64,000 nt of DNA. Source: Eledone cirrhosa (taxonomy: Eukaryota). The stretch's first letter is position 1, and each line of letters starts with the position of its first letter. Both the position numbers and the translations under genes were made by a program. Location of the stretch: NCBI GenBank assembly GCA_964016885.1, contig OZ024740.1:345402001-345466000 (forward strand). The letters are read 5' to 3'. The notes below the pieces were generated by a model. It did not search any database. It was not told the DNA's origin and saw only the letters and a program-made list of their open reading frames with translations. Of this stretch, positions 29,110-45,273 are shown one piece after another.

Positions 29110-29187
29110 AGTTCAAAACGACAAACAAACGCAGGAGTGAATAGTACACAGTGTTATTAGCTTTAGGCATGGTGTGAGTGGGGGAGG

Positions 29188-29223
29188 TTTCGACGTTTCG
29201 AACAGAAGTCCTTCGTCAGGAAA
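29188..29223 (-). ncRNA. Minimal type I hammerhead ribozyme in a Penelope-like 3' remnant (about 29102-29290)
   Basis: UUUC CUGACGA a ggac uucu guuc GAAAC GUC GAAA: 4-bp stem I, ACGU palindromic stem III. Confidence 0.75.
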
Positions 29224-29378
29224 GAAGAGTGGAACTCCTAGGAGGAATGAGGAGGATAATAAGGAGGGAAGTTTATAAGGCAGAACAGGAAAGAAATATA
29301 TATATATAAATATATATATATATGTATATATGTATGTATATATATATATATATGTATATATATATGTATGTATATATT

Positions 29379-29414
<36 letters not shown>

Positions 29415-29673
29415 AATATTTATATTATGTGTGTGTCTGTGTGTGTGTGTGTAGCATGAAATTAGAGAAAAATGATATAATAATCTATAAAAAATTAGTA
29501 CAGGCATATGTACAGCTGCATTCTCGGAATATATGTATATACAAAAAGAATATATGTATATACAAAGCATATATATATATATATTTATACATAAGTATAT
29601 AAATATATATATATAAATATATATACATACATAAATATATATATATATCAAATGATTCTATGGACATAATTTA

Positions 29674-29730
<57 letters not shown>

Positions 29731-29770
29731 TACCTATATATACTATATATAGATATATTTATATATATTA

Positions 29771-29880
<110 letters not shown>

Positions 29881-29979
29881 ATATATATAAATATATCTAT
29901 ATATAGTATATATAGGTATATTTATATATACGGCAGAAAAATGGTGTATTAGTCTTATAATCACTCACCCTTTATCATA

Positions 29980-30105
<126 letters not shown>

Positions 30106-30409
30106 TGAGAAAGGGATCGTGAATCAATGAATAATAAACCATTTTTTCTGGAATTTTTGCCGTATATGTAGGTGTGCATAATTGTGTTTATGACAACGGA
30201 ACATTCATATAATTTTATCACTGCAAGATATATAATATCACTTAAATACTGCATATCCCTTTATTTCGATGTATTGATGCAGACAATTTGCAAATTTTAA
30301 AATATATAAATAGATATATACACGTATCTAAATTTCATGTGTATATATATAAATATATTATATACATGTATGTGTATATACATATATAAATATATATGTA
30401 TATATATAG

Positions 30410-30723
30410 GCAAAAGTTTTATTAATAATTGTTGGGTTACAACAAGTAAATATTTTATAACTGATATAAAGCACTCGACAAGTTATTGGAGTAGATATAC
30501 GATATTAAACAAATGGAAACTATATTTATAAAACCATATTTATTTCCTTATACATATTTCAGGGATACCATATTAAAAATATGGCATGCCTTCGTCAGAT
30601 AAAATACAATATATAAAAAGTTTTATAAATAATTTTGACGTACCATATTATAAGCGACCATTAGATCAGGAAGCTGTCTGGATATGGTTTTATAAATATA
30701 GTTTCCATTTGTTTATTATCGTA
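30410..30723 (-). mobile_element. Penelope-like family D copy with hammerhead at 30542-30605
   Basis: Minus strand AUUUUAU CUGACGA agg-c-augccaua...uauggUau-c-ccu GAAAUA ug UAUA aggaaau. Inverted 42-bp piece at 30682-30723; tail 30410-30497 homologous to 15337-15422. Confidence 0.75.
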
Positions 30724-30749
30724 TGTATATATATATATATATATACACG

Positions 30750-30792
<43 letters not shown>

Positions 30793-30799
30793 TTATATT

Positions 30800-30901
<102 letters not shown>

Positions 30902-31303
30902 TATACATTAATTTATATTCTAATGGAACCTTCGCGTATATATTTCTATGGCGGCTACTATACATCAATTATTGCATGGAATACATTGATGTATGTATGT
31001 TTGTATGTATGTATATTTGTGGACATATATATGTGCACTCACATAGAGAAACACGCATGCACATAGACACACATATATGTGTGTGTCTTTGTGTGTGTGC
31101 GTGCGTGGGTGTGTGTGTGCGTGGGTGTGTGTGTGCGTGTGTAGTCGAAGAGAAATGGTACAATTTCAGCCGATTAAATCAAATATCTATACGTACAGTG
31201 AGTGAGTGTAACCGAGCTCTCACTAATATATGTATATCTATATATATATATATATACGTATATAAATATATGTATCTATTTATATCTGAATGTATTTAAT
31301 TAT

Positions 31304-31352
<49 letters not shown>

Positions 31353-31432
31353 TATATATACATGCATCGATGTATGTATGTAGTTATGTATATATATATA
31401 TATATGTACATGCATATTTGTATATGTATATA

Positions 31433-31539
<107 letters not shown>

Positions 31540-31634
31540 GTATATATACGTATATAAATATATATATATATTTATATACATATATATATATATATATATA
31601 TACAAATAAATATATATACATATATATATATATA

Positions 31635-31748
<114 letters not shown>

Positions 31749-31759
31749 CACACACACAC

Positions 31760-31801
<42 letters not shown>

Positions 31802-32399
31802 ATAATATTCTTAAGCTTCGCATCACCTCATAATTAATCTGTGGTTAACAAAGACATTGTCACATACATGTCAGTGGTTTTCGTCTAGATTATTAGCTTG
31901 CCCATAATTCTACTTGAATCATTTACCTATATTATACTTATCGAACCTCCGTACCAGGGCCTTTAAATATTTCCATTATCTTATTATTAGGAGAGCTGTG
32001 GATAAGATCAACAGGGTTTATACCCTTGTCCATCCAACCAAAACAAATTTTATCACTGCAACAAATGTGCAACCTTCATGCAGATATGTCCTGCTGTTCT
32101 TTAGAGGAGCTGATGCCTGATATTGTATTTTTTTACGAAAAGTATTGATCTGGAAGAACCATCTCACCATTTAATAAAAAGTAATTTACTTTTCATTTAT
32201 TTCTTAATAGTATTGTCGGTTATGAAGTGTTAAACATTCCGTCGCAATTGCTCTTTATCGCACTTTGCCCGAGTCCACTCACCTGAAAATGAATATCAGC
32301 AACCGTTCGATTCAGTTATTGAACGACCGTGACACTAGGAGACATTTCAGTCTCCATAATACTCCTACCACTATGAGAAAACGAATGAATATATATATT

Positions 32400-32526
32400 T
32401 TCATTACGTTTATTCAGGTGTAACGTGCGTTTCGCGACTGATCAGCTCAAGGTTCGATCTGTATCAATCGGGCCCGACTCGTGAATCAAAATTTCATCAG
32501 ACTTCCGTTAGCGCAATGACGGAATA

Positions 32527-32527
<1 letters not shown>
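32400..32527 (-). mobile_element. Penelope-like family E copy with split hammerhead-like motifs
   Basis: Homologous to the 19768-20008 arms. Minus strand CUGAUGA (32500-32494), 60 nt, GAAAC gcac GUU, then AAUAAA. Confidence 0.55.
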
Positions 32528-32594
<67 letters not shown>

Positions 32595-32617
32595 ATATAG
32601 ATATAGATATATATACA

Positions 32618-32650
<33 letters not shown>

Positions 32651-32779
32651 GAATATAGAGGTAGGTTGTTGGAAATGAACAAATAAAACGCAGCCGATAA
32701 TTTTTATATATATATATATATGTGTGTGCATGTACGTATACATGCATACGTATATGTATGTATACATGCATACGTATAC

Positions 32780-32847
<68 letters not shown>

Positions 32848-32883
32848 TATCGTCTGCGTTTTGTTTGTTCATTTCCAACAACC

Positions 32884-32992
<109 letters not shown>

Positions 32993-34150
32993 GTATATAT
33001 ATATAGAGATAAATATATATGTATACTACATACATGTACATGGGTGTTATACTGTGTAGTTATGTGCATGCATGTTTGTTATATGAACACATAATGCATG
33101 TCGACACATGCACATTTGAAATCAATTTGATAAATTCACCAGCTCAATCGCTTCATATATTACCTCAATTAAAATACACAGATATTTACTATTACAAAAT
33201 ATAACCTACTCATTAAAACGATAAAACCAAATACAAATACACAAAGCCCCCAAATAATGTAGACTTAAAAATAAGGGATCAAAATCAAATTAATTCAAAA
33301 GATATACCACTATAAAACTATAATATATAAATGAATAAATAATAGTAATAACAATAATAATAGCGAATCGAAATCAGGCCATATAGGACACGAATGTTTT
33401 AGTAAGGTGATTTCACAAGAATATAGATTCGATTTTACCCGATAGCTGTATAGAGATAATATTACGTTGCCGCGGGTAATGTAAGCATGGCACGAGAAAA
33501 TTATGAAGAATGTTAAATACTTTTGTGGTATTTGTATATTTTTATCAGTTACATGGATATGAGCTTAGTGCAAGTTCATGTAGATATGTGTCTGATTTTC
33601 TCTCTATGAATGTGTATATGGGTGTATATATTTGTGTGTCGGGGCGGTGTGTGTGATATGTATTTGTATACGGTTCTATAAATTTCTGTGAGTATGATGG
33701 TTGTTGTTGTTGTTGTGGTGGTGGTGGTGGGATGCTTGTTTGGATCTCTATAGATGCGTGTGCGTGACAAAACAGGAAGAATTATATGTGCGAATGAGAA
33801 TATGAAGAAATAAAAATAGAAAAACGAAAATGATAATGGTGATGAGGTTAGTAAGGATGATGGTGATATTCTTGATAACGGTGTCGATTGTGATGATGTT
33901 GATGATTATGATGTTGATAATCATGATGATGAGGAGGGAGGAAGTAGAGTGATGCTGATGGAGAGGGTGAAGAAGAAAAGGATGGTAATATATATGTTAT
34001 ATATTATAACACTTGTAGGTTATACGAAATATAAAATATAATTCGATAATTCTTTACTTTTGAATAAAATATAAACAGATATTTATATATACATATAGGT
34101 ATCTGCATCTATCTATCTATCTATGAATCTGTTTACCTATCTATCTATCT

Positions 34151-34398
34151 AGGTTGAGGAAGATAAACAGAGGGAAGACGGGAACACCTACAAAACGTGT
34201 TCCTGGTGAAGGGGGTTGTTCTATCCACGGGGTGTAAAACAACCTCGTAGTAGCATACCCCCCCCCCTATTGGGGATTTCGATTGTTTTATTTTATATAT
34301 AGTTTATTGTTATAATTGTTAAAGATTTTATGTAAAACCCCCGCCGTCACGTCTTGTAATGTCCCATTTTTGTGCGCCCCTGTGGCAAATAAAGAAAT
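34151..34398 (+). mobile_element. 3' UTR of the Tx1-like LINE family, inside (TCTA)n
   Basis: aggttgagga...gggttgttctatc.acgggg...cccctattggggatttcgattgtt...gtggc.aataaagaaatc aligns with the reverse complement of 26219-26456. Confidence 0.85.
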
Positions 34399-34944
34399 CT
34401 ATCTATCTATCTATCTACTTATCTAACTAACATGGTATCTGCCGATCTAGTGTGTTTTTCGGGAGATAAGATGCATCCATATTTTGAAGGTGTGTGTGGG
34501 ATATACAAATACAACTATTGTTTGTGTATAGAACGCATATATAGTATGAACCTCGGATAAAATGTAAGAACCTCGTATAAAATGCCATTGCATTATTTGT
34601 TCTGGTTCTTTGAATTCGGAGTTCAAATATAAACGAAGTCAACTCTGCATTTCATCCTTCCAGGGTAGATAACCTGAAGTCCAAATTCAAGTACTGTTTT
34701 CATTCACTGTGCAGACATACTGTTTTTCATATCAAATATTTGTGTTAAAAGCTTGCGTCTGATACACAGACAAACTCGGTATCTATTTATGTATTTTAGC
34801 ACCTATATGTATATAACTATGTATGAATGTACGTATGAATGCATGTATTCATATACAGTATAACATGCACATATTTATACACGCACACACGCGTATATAT
34901 GTGTGCGTGTGTGCGTATAAATATATATACAAATATATATATAC

Positions 34945-35040
<96 letters not shown>

Positions 35041-35170
35041 GTGTGGTTGTATGTATGTATTAAAATGGCTGACTGAACGAAGACATACATCCCTTACTCT
35101 AAACATTATTTTTGCAGTTCATTCCTCTTCTCCCATTACTTACTATTCCATCTTTTATTTCTCATTCAAG

Positions 35171-35204
35171 TTTCTGATGAAAGACCAGTGTCCGAAATGT
35201 AAAT
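35171..35204 (+). ncRNA. Minimal hammerhead-like motif
   Basis: uuu CUGAUGA aa gac cagu guc c GAAAU GUA aau. Stems are short and eroded. Confidence 0.5.
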
Positions 35205-35540
35205 AAGATTTTCCTACTATATCAAGCGTTAAATTAATATTTCCATTGTAATCTGTTGTCTAGTTTGTTGTTTCTGTTTAATGTTTGTATGCATACACAC
35301 ACGCGCGCAACCACACACACACAAACGTATATATATATGCATGCATGTATATATGTATATATTCATATTATGTGTGTGTACATACGGTTGTTTGTGTTTG
35401 AGTGTGAGGGTGTATATGTTGGTAACTTACCAATCAATCACTTGTTCGATTCATTATGTATATTGTATATGTATTATGTAATGTGTTTATGCTCAAATAT
35501 AGATGCACGCAAAAAAATACAACCGTCATACACATATATG

Positions 35541-35696
35541 CAGGGCTTATGAGATGGGGGTCCAGAAGGTACTTTGTTCAAGAGCTAAGAAGGCCCCACT
35601 GCAGCCATGCAGCGTCCATTTGGGGGAAAACCTGTTTCTGTTTCGTGCCCCATGGGGGTCTTGTACCGCCTTGCAAACTTTCTCATGCAGGCCCTG
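35541..35696. mobile_element. hAT-like MITE (156 bp)
   Basis: Termini CAGGGCttatgaga ... tctcatgcagGCCCTG. Flanks catatatg / catacagg match at 6 of 8 positions (possible 8-bp TSD). Confidence 0.55.
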
Positions 35697-36200
35697 CATA
35701 CAGGAACTCAAAAATATATTTATGTACACATACATTAACGAAGGACCAAACAAACATACACAAGCGTTTTTAATATGCTTTGGACCCCATTCGATACTGT
35801 CTACGATGGATGATACAGTTGATTTGTTCAACGAAACGGCTTACTAGTGAAATTACCCTGCAAGTGGTTAAGCATTCCCTAACCAACTATTCCCCCGAAA
35901 TAACGACGTGATATATGTGAAACATGCGCATCATAGGGTATCGAACTCATGAACGTACATCTGTGTATTAAACATCCTAAGAATTTAGCCACCCGCAATA
36001 GCAATGTAATTATATATAAACACCCTATCAATGAGCCCAAAATAGTGAGTACTGTAAGCGGGAACTTAATGGTCAATGTGCCCTCAAAATCTTGCAGGAT
36101 TTGTACATGAAACATAAATTTGCATTCCCTAGCACGTACGTCGCCAGGATTATGTTTGATATATACATACATACATACACACATACATATATGTATGTAT

Positions 36201-36259
<59 letters not shown>

Positions 36260-36638
36260 TATATGTAAATATATATACACACACACACACATATATGTAT
36301 GTATGAATATATATATATATATATTATCAATATATTTATACGTATAAATACTGCACTGCGTGTGTGTATATGCGTGTTTATTTTTATGTTGGTATGGTTG
36401 AGGGGGGATTGTTACTATATTAGAAGAATGTATGCATTTAGTTATGTATGTAAGTATTATATGTATCTATATCTGTATATCTACATATGCAATATATATA
36501 ATATATAATTATACAGACATATATATATATATATATATGATATATATACATACATTTATATATATATATATATAAATGTATGTATATATATATATATATA
36601 TATATATAAATGTATGTGTATATATGTATGATATATAT

Positions 36639-36766
<128 letters not shown>

Positions 36767-36816
36767 ATACACACATGTATATGTATATATATATATAAAT
36801 GTATGGATATATATAT

Positions 36817-36903
<87 letters not shown>

Positions 36904-37275
36904 GTATTCATACATATAAATATATCGAATCTAATGGTTTTAGACATTTCGTGTGTTTAGTCTAGACTGATTCCCTGCTGGTTTATCATATCGTAGGGAT
37001 TTATACAGACATATCGAAGCCAATGTTTATTTTTGGTTATGAGTATTATCGAACAGTTTTTATTCAAACATAATGTTACAGAATAGACACACACACCATA
37101 CACACACACACGCGCGCGCGCGCATACGAGGATATATCTATTTATCTATCTATCTATTTAAATATATGTATGTTTTAGTGAAGTTTGTTGATAGTTCGGT
37201 AATCTTCTTCGGAGAAGATTAGTAAAATATCCTAGCGCATTTATCATATACGTACATTTATGTATACATACATAT

Positions 37276-37348
<73 letters not shown>

Positions 37349-37583
37349 TCTGTGTATGAGTTTCGAATTACCATAATAACAGTCGATGGTGTATTAGTAA
37401 AAATAACACTTCAGGGACGAGCCGTTTACGACATCATAGCCACCTCTATCCGAGATTTCTCTTTTTCCCGTGGTATCTTATACATAGAAATCATCATCTA
37501 TTATATATAGTCTTGTCTGGACCAGCACATCTCAAATTTCATATTTTTTCAATGCTTCATAAGTCGACCGATTTGCATGTATG

Positions 37584-37660
<77 letters not shown>

Positions 37661-37941
37661 GCATATATATATATATGGACCATCTGGTTCCTTACCACAC
37701 CTCCTTCGTTATATATATATATATATACACACACATATAATACGTATGCATATATTCAGAGTAGAACACAGATATATTTTCAGAATATCTGTTTCAAAGT
37801 ATCTCTCTAGATACTTCTCTCTCTCACCCCCTTTCTCCCATCTTTATACTTATATTTATATATATATGGGTATGTATGTATTATGTATAGGTATATATAT
37901 GTATACAAGTATATACACACACACTCACACATATATATATA

Positions 37942-38000
<59 letters not shown>

Positions 38001-38117
38001 CCATTTGAATAGGTAAATATTTATATTATATTTTTTAATTTCGATTAATTTTAATTGTATATTAATTTTGATTTATTTTGAAAAATTGGTTGAATTTTAC
38101 TTGTTCTGCTTATCTTG

Positions 38118-38160
<43 letters not shown>

Positions 38161-38741
38161 GATATATATATTCGGCGAGCTGAGACAAATTCAATGTGTC
38201 TAGTTCGTTAAATATATATATATATGCACACACACACATACACACACACACATATATATATACATACATATATATACGTTGAAAGCAGCGATTCTTTGCT
38301 TAAAATTTAATCTGTTATTTTAATAATAAATAAATATATAAATATATATATGTATATATATAAATATATTTATACGTATGTGAATATTTGTGGAAGAAAG
38401 TTGAATGTGTGTGTGTATGAGTATATGGGGAGGCACAAGGATACACTTTTAGGGTGTTCGGATTAATATCGCAATGTTTTGTGTTCGCTTAGCGAAATCT
38501 TAGGAAACAACTAACATCATTTGCAAGGATGTTCCGAAGTGATCTTTCTAACATGATATTGTCTGATAATCACAGACACAGGTGAATATGAAACATAAGT
38601 TTCTCTGTGACACGATGACATATGACAACAACAACTACGATTCAGGTGGCAAATATTTGAATGGGCACACTTATGTATGTGTGTATGAACGTATATATGT
38701 ATTTATGTATGTATATATGTACGTATATATATATACTTAAC

Positions 38742-39025
38742 TTGGTTAAGAGAGTGTGACTGGCTTTTTGCAGTGCCTTTGCTCACTATAAAAGCTTCAC
38801 GGCACAGGCATTGCTTTATATCTGGAGATCTCTCTGCACTTGTCGTTACATGGTACCATGGGCCCAGCACTATGTGTCAGTAATTGTCACAAGTGTAGTG
38901 TTTGTACCAGAGTTTTCAAGTCGCTGGCTGGACTAAAAAGTCACACTCGTTCAGTGCATCGGTAGGGGTTCTCCTACATGGATATAAAGTAGTGGCCGTA
39001 CTCGAAAACGAGTTGGCAGCCACCA
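38742..39025 (+). mobile_element. About 280-bp interspersed repeat ending in an RTE-like C2H2 finger; second copy at 60713-60990 (-)
   Basis: 38894-38965 translates to CSVCTRVFKSLAGLKSHTRSVHR*, like RTE/BovB ORF C-termini. Ends in the hairpin gtggccgtactcgaaaacgagttggcagccac. Confidence 0.65.
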
Positions 39026-39049
39026 TGTACGTATATCTGTATGTTTGTG

Positions 39050-39106
<57 letters not shown>

Positions 39107-39314
39107 GAGTGTGTGTGCGTATGTATTTATGTATGTTTGTATGTATGTGTGTAAGTGTGTATACATGCACGTATTTATATATAGATAACTATTTAACTTT
39201 GTTTTGATTTTGAAACTAATACGGCTATGTTAATGCATCCTCTAATTTATTTGTTTCTTACGTATGTATATACGTATATATACGTATATATATATATGTG
39301 TGTGTGTATATGAT

Positions 39315-39409
<95 letters not shown>

Positions 39410-39686
39410 ATGTAATATATGCGTATATATATATTTATATACATATGTGTGTAAACAATCTATATTTAGAAACGTGGAGTTTTGAATTAGTAATTAAGAT
39501 GAATCACTCTTTCTTTGACTATATAAACTAATTTAAGTAGTCATATAAACCCTGGACATGCAAAAACATTGTACATACACACATACATACTTACATAATA
39601 CATACATACCGTTAACAGAATTTTCAAGGTGTTTAATCCTGATAATGTTTATGATAAAATGTTCATATATATATATGAATCTATCT

Positions 39687-39749
<63 letters not shown>

Positions 39750-40831
39750 TATATTTATATGTGTGCGTGTAAATATACATTCCCATTTACATACATTATA
39801 TTTAGCTATGCATACATTCTTATACCTGCGTATATTATACCTGTGTATGATCGTCTATTTGGTTTCATTAAATTACTTTTGTTATTAGCGATAATATATT
39901 ATTTATCAAATGGTATATTTCATGTCCTATAATATTTTCTTGTGGGTATTTTTATTTTGTTATGATTTATCATATTGTGTTGTTAAATTTAGACACCAGT
40001 AATATATTACTTCTACCTCCAACGCTAATTTAATAAACCGAAAGTTTTGTTGTAACTCGATAAAAAACTATTTTTAATTCGGTTCCAAATATATCAATTT
40101 TATGATATTGATATAATCTCTTTTACACTCCCGGTCTCGTCACTTGTACTAAGACTTAATTATCCCAACTAGAATGTGTACTTGTGGGACGAGAGTTAAT
40201 TTCAGATGGATCAAAATGGCGAATAATATCCAAAAATGTAAGGAAATATTTTTGCGGAAATAATTAGGAAAACATTAATTTAGGATATCAGGATTATATG
40301 TTGTGATTTGTTTGTTAAGAATACCTTACGTTGCTCCTTTTAAATATTTGGGAATTCACTTGGTAATATGTTCTGTAACCTGAGGTGTATTTATTTATTT
40401 ATTAATACCTTTTTATTGATGTGTCCTAACATTATGGTTGTATATACCTTTTTTCTCACAATATATACCTCGGTATCTCATTCTTGTTCTTCTATGAATT
40501 TCACTCTTGTACTTTTGGGGGCTCTAGTGGGTAACACGAAGAAAAAAAATAATTTTTCGATTTATATATTAGGACCTTCAGGAATTATCGAATAAAAAGT
40601 ATGTCAATGTACTAATACAGAAATTGAAATTTGAAAATGCGTCTTTTTAACAACAAACTCCTTCACACTCCCTAACAAACACACTAACACACACACACAG
40701 ATGCATATATATATGCATATATAGATGCATATATATATATATATAAATATTTATATATATATATATAAACATGTATATATAAACATGTATATATATGTAT
40801 ATATATACATATGTATATATACATATATATA

Positions 40832-40887
<56 letters not shown>

Positions 40888-40940
40888 TACATATGTATAT
40901 ATATACATATATATACATATATGTATATATATATATCTAC

Positions 40941-41001
<61 letters not shown>

Positions 41002-41689
41002 CATATATATATATATGTGTGAATGCACATTTACACGCATCTATATATATTATGTATATATATATTACATATATATATATATGTGTGTGCGCGTGTGTAC
41101 ATATATTAATGCATATATATGGGTATGAGTATGTTTATATGGACACATATATATATATATATATATAATACACACGCACACACACATATAAATATAATAT
41201 AATACAAATTTTAGTACAGCATTAATGAAACTTTTTGCTGCGGCTAAGCTAACGAATGCAGATTCGGAATGTAGCTTAACACTCGATGGAGAATAATACC
41301 CCAGAGTTATAACAATACGTTTAGATAGCTTTGCAAATCAAATATAGCGACCGACAGTCCAGCCATATATATATATATACACACATAGTTTATCGGTGTG
41401 TAACGTGTAGGTTTGAGCACTAAATTTCAATGTGGGTCGAGTTGACGTTGTAGTATTCCAGGTTTATTAATGCGTACTTGGTATGTTTAAGAAACAGAAT
41501 ATTAATGATAGTGATAATAATATCAAGGAACAGGAACGAATCCTGAGCACTAGATACAAGAGCGGGGCCCGGTCAAATCCGATCGTACCTTTGGCTCATC
41601 GATTGCAAAACGCGCATTGCATATGAATAAACATAATAATGGTATATTGACACAACATTCTTACTTCCAATTATTATTAATATTAGTGT

Positions 41690-41743
<54 letters not shown>

Positions 41744-41997
41744 AGTATACATTTGAGAAGAAAATAGACAAAATATACCTAAAGTTTTCTCCCAAGTCCC
41801 GACTGCAGTTTCGCCAATTGGTATGAAGCTATAATGCAACGGAAGTGCACTAGGACCATGAGGCAATAGGTTTCTCAAGAGACCCCTCAAGTGAAAGGAC
41901 TAAATCTTGAACTGACCGTTGCAAGTGAAACATTCTCGTGAGGAAGTATTATCACGTGGTATAGTGGTCACAGAAGGGAGGTAGGGGATGTTACATA

Positions 41998-42037
<40 letters not shown>

Positions 42038-42100
42038 GATTTATGTGTGTGTGACTGTGTCTGTGTGTTTGTGTGTGTTTATATATATATACACACACAA

Positions 42101-42131
<31 letters not shown>

Positions 42132-42134
42132 CTT

Positions 42135-42175
<41 letters not shown>

Positions 42176-42361
42176 TATATATATACATCCATATATACAT
42201 ATATATACACAAATATATATATATATTTATATATATATACAAATTTGTATACTCTTGTATTTATCTATATATATGTGTGTGTGTGTGTGTGTACACATAT
42301 TTATATATATATATGTGTGTGTGTGTATACACACTTACATATACATGTGTATTACACTCAC

Positions 42362-42418
<57 letters not shown>

Positions 42419-42596
42419 ATATACACATATATATATATATAGTATATATAATATATATATATATATATATAGTATATATAATATATATATATATATAGTA
42501 TATATAATATACATATATATATATAATATATATAATATACATATATATATATATATAATATATATAATATATATAATATACATATATATATATATA

Positions 42597-42636
<40 letters not shown>

Positions 42637-42671
42637 ATATATATATATATCTATCTATAGATATATATATA

Positions 42672-42735
<64 letters not shown>

Positions 42736-43048
42736 TGTATTTGTTTGATCGTTTTCAGGAACTCTTTTACTAGTGCTGATGAGGGTAGTCGAATTGTTTG
42801 AATCAGGACTCCCTTATTCGATATAAACCCAACTTTGTGTTGTTAAGAATACTATAAGAACACATCGTCATCTTAGTTATTATCATTATAAATAAATTAT
42901 TACGATAATAATAATAATAATTACTAGTATTATTTTTATTGTTCTTGTTTTTATTCTTATTCTTATTCTTATTTATTAAATAGAAAACTTGAAAGAAGTA
43001 CTCGCCATATTTTCAGACACACTTGAACTAATAAGCACTCATACACAC

Positions 43049-43199
<151 letters not shown>

Positions 43200-43440
43200 A
43201 TATATATATAATTAATATATATAATAATATATATATAATATATATATAACATATATATATATATAATATATAATATACATATATAATATATATATATATA
43301 ATATATAATATATATATATAATATACATATAATATATATATATAATATATATAATATATATAAAATACATAAATATATATAATATATATAATATATATAC
43401 AATATATAATATAATATATATATATAATTATATATATATA

Positions 43441-43474
<34 letters not shown>

Positions 43475-43489
43475 GATATATATATTATA

Positions 43490-43553
<64 letters not shown>

Positions 43554-43574
43554 ATGTATATAATATACATATAT

Positions 43575-43619
<45 letters not shown>

Positions 43620-43654
43620 TATATATAATATATATATATATATATGTATAATTT

Positions 43655-43720
<66 letters not shown>

Positions 43721-43722
<2 letters not shown>

Positions 43723-43915
43723 GTTATTCCGGGTTGAATCGGAGGTAACCACAGTAAGTAAGATACTCAATACATTGCAGAGTATAAAAGTTTTATATAG
43801 ATGAGATTCTACAGGACTAGAACTGTTTCATTCTTTAGAAATCATCAGAAATCTCTGATGATTTCTAAAGAATGAAACAGTTCTAGTCCTGTAGAATCTC
43901 ATCTATATTAAAACT
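43721..43915. mobile_element. Penelope-like fold-back remnant, family F
   Basis: Inverted arms about 43787-43848 and 43855-43915, extension 43721-43786, inside (TA)n. Rearranged relative at 61110-61258. Confidence 0.75.
43804..43854 (-). ncRNA. Complete type I hammerhead ribozyme
   Basis: AGAUUU CUGAUGA uuuc uaaa gaau GAAACAG uucuaguc CUGU A GAAUCU: 6-bp stem I, 4-bp stem III with loop, GUA triplet. Confidence 0.75.
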
Positions 43916-43951
<36 letters not shown>

Positions 43952-43977
43952 AATATTATATATATATATAAACATAC

Positions 43978-44041
<64 letters not shown>

Positions 44042-44269
44042 AATATACATATGTATGTATAGATATATAGATATGTATGTATAGATATATATATGCAATA
44101 TTTATATATATATATAATTATACAATAAAGAGCACAATATAATTATCCCATTATATTGTGTTGTTTATTATGTAATTAAATTGCTCTGTATTATACAGAG
44201 AGCATACTTCTTTCCTTTACCTTTTCTATGGAACTACTTAACACACCACACACACATAAGTACATATAC

Positions 44270-44347
<78 letters not shown>

Positions 44348-44493
44348 TATATATATACACACATACACACATAAGGACATATACATACATATATATATAT
44401 AAACGTGTGTATGCGTGTGTATATATATATAATATATATATATATACGTGCATACATACACGCATACATACACATATATATATATATACAAAC

Positions 44494-44528
<35 letters not shown>

Positions 44529-45242
44529 CATGCATACATACACGCATACATACACACATATACACACCCACACGTTCACACAAAGGCACCCACCCTAATA
44601 AATAATAGATTAACTAAAATAGTACAAGTCGTATCACAAACGAATCATACAATAATATGTATACAAGTCAAACCATTAGGTTTACTATTATACATACTAA
44701 ATGTTTTAGTAATTTTATCATTCTTTAACTAAATTATATTTTGAATTTGATGCTGTTGTTGTGGGTTTGTCTTTTTACACAACCTGTTCTGGTTAACCCT
44801 TTTTCCTTTAACCTTGTGGCAAAAAATGGTCGTTAATATTATCATTACCATAGCTGTTGTTGTTGCAGAAGTTGTTGTTGTGTTGTTGTTGTCATATGTC
44901 ATCACGTCAAACGCAACTCATTCTTCGTATTCACCTGTGTCTGTGACTATCAGACAATAACATCTGTTAGTAATTTCTCTTCGGACCTTCCGAAAAAAAT
45001 AAACCAGTGGTAGTACCATATAGGATTAATTGTATTCTAAAAATTTCGTTTTCTTAAAAGAGTGTAACGTTTGTATGTGTTTGTTCCATAGTTTCTATCT
45101 TTCTTTTCTTCATACTTTCATTCCTTTTATATCTAATGTATGTATTACAGTGTGTATGTGTATGTGTCTGTGTGTGTGTGTGTGTGTGTCTGTGTCACAT
45201 CAAGATACACAAGCACAGATACATGCATACATACATACATTC

Positions 45243-45273
<31 letters not shown>

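Noticed and set aside
41900-41945. Minus-strand ECFTC resembling LIM2 (CFTC)
   Set aside because: Context lacks the other LIM ligands and a stop follows within a few codons.
42776-42830. CTGATGA-ggg...ccc as a hammerhead
   Set aside because: No GAAA box or stem III/triplet after the putative stem II.
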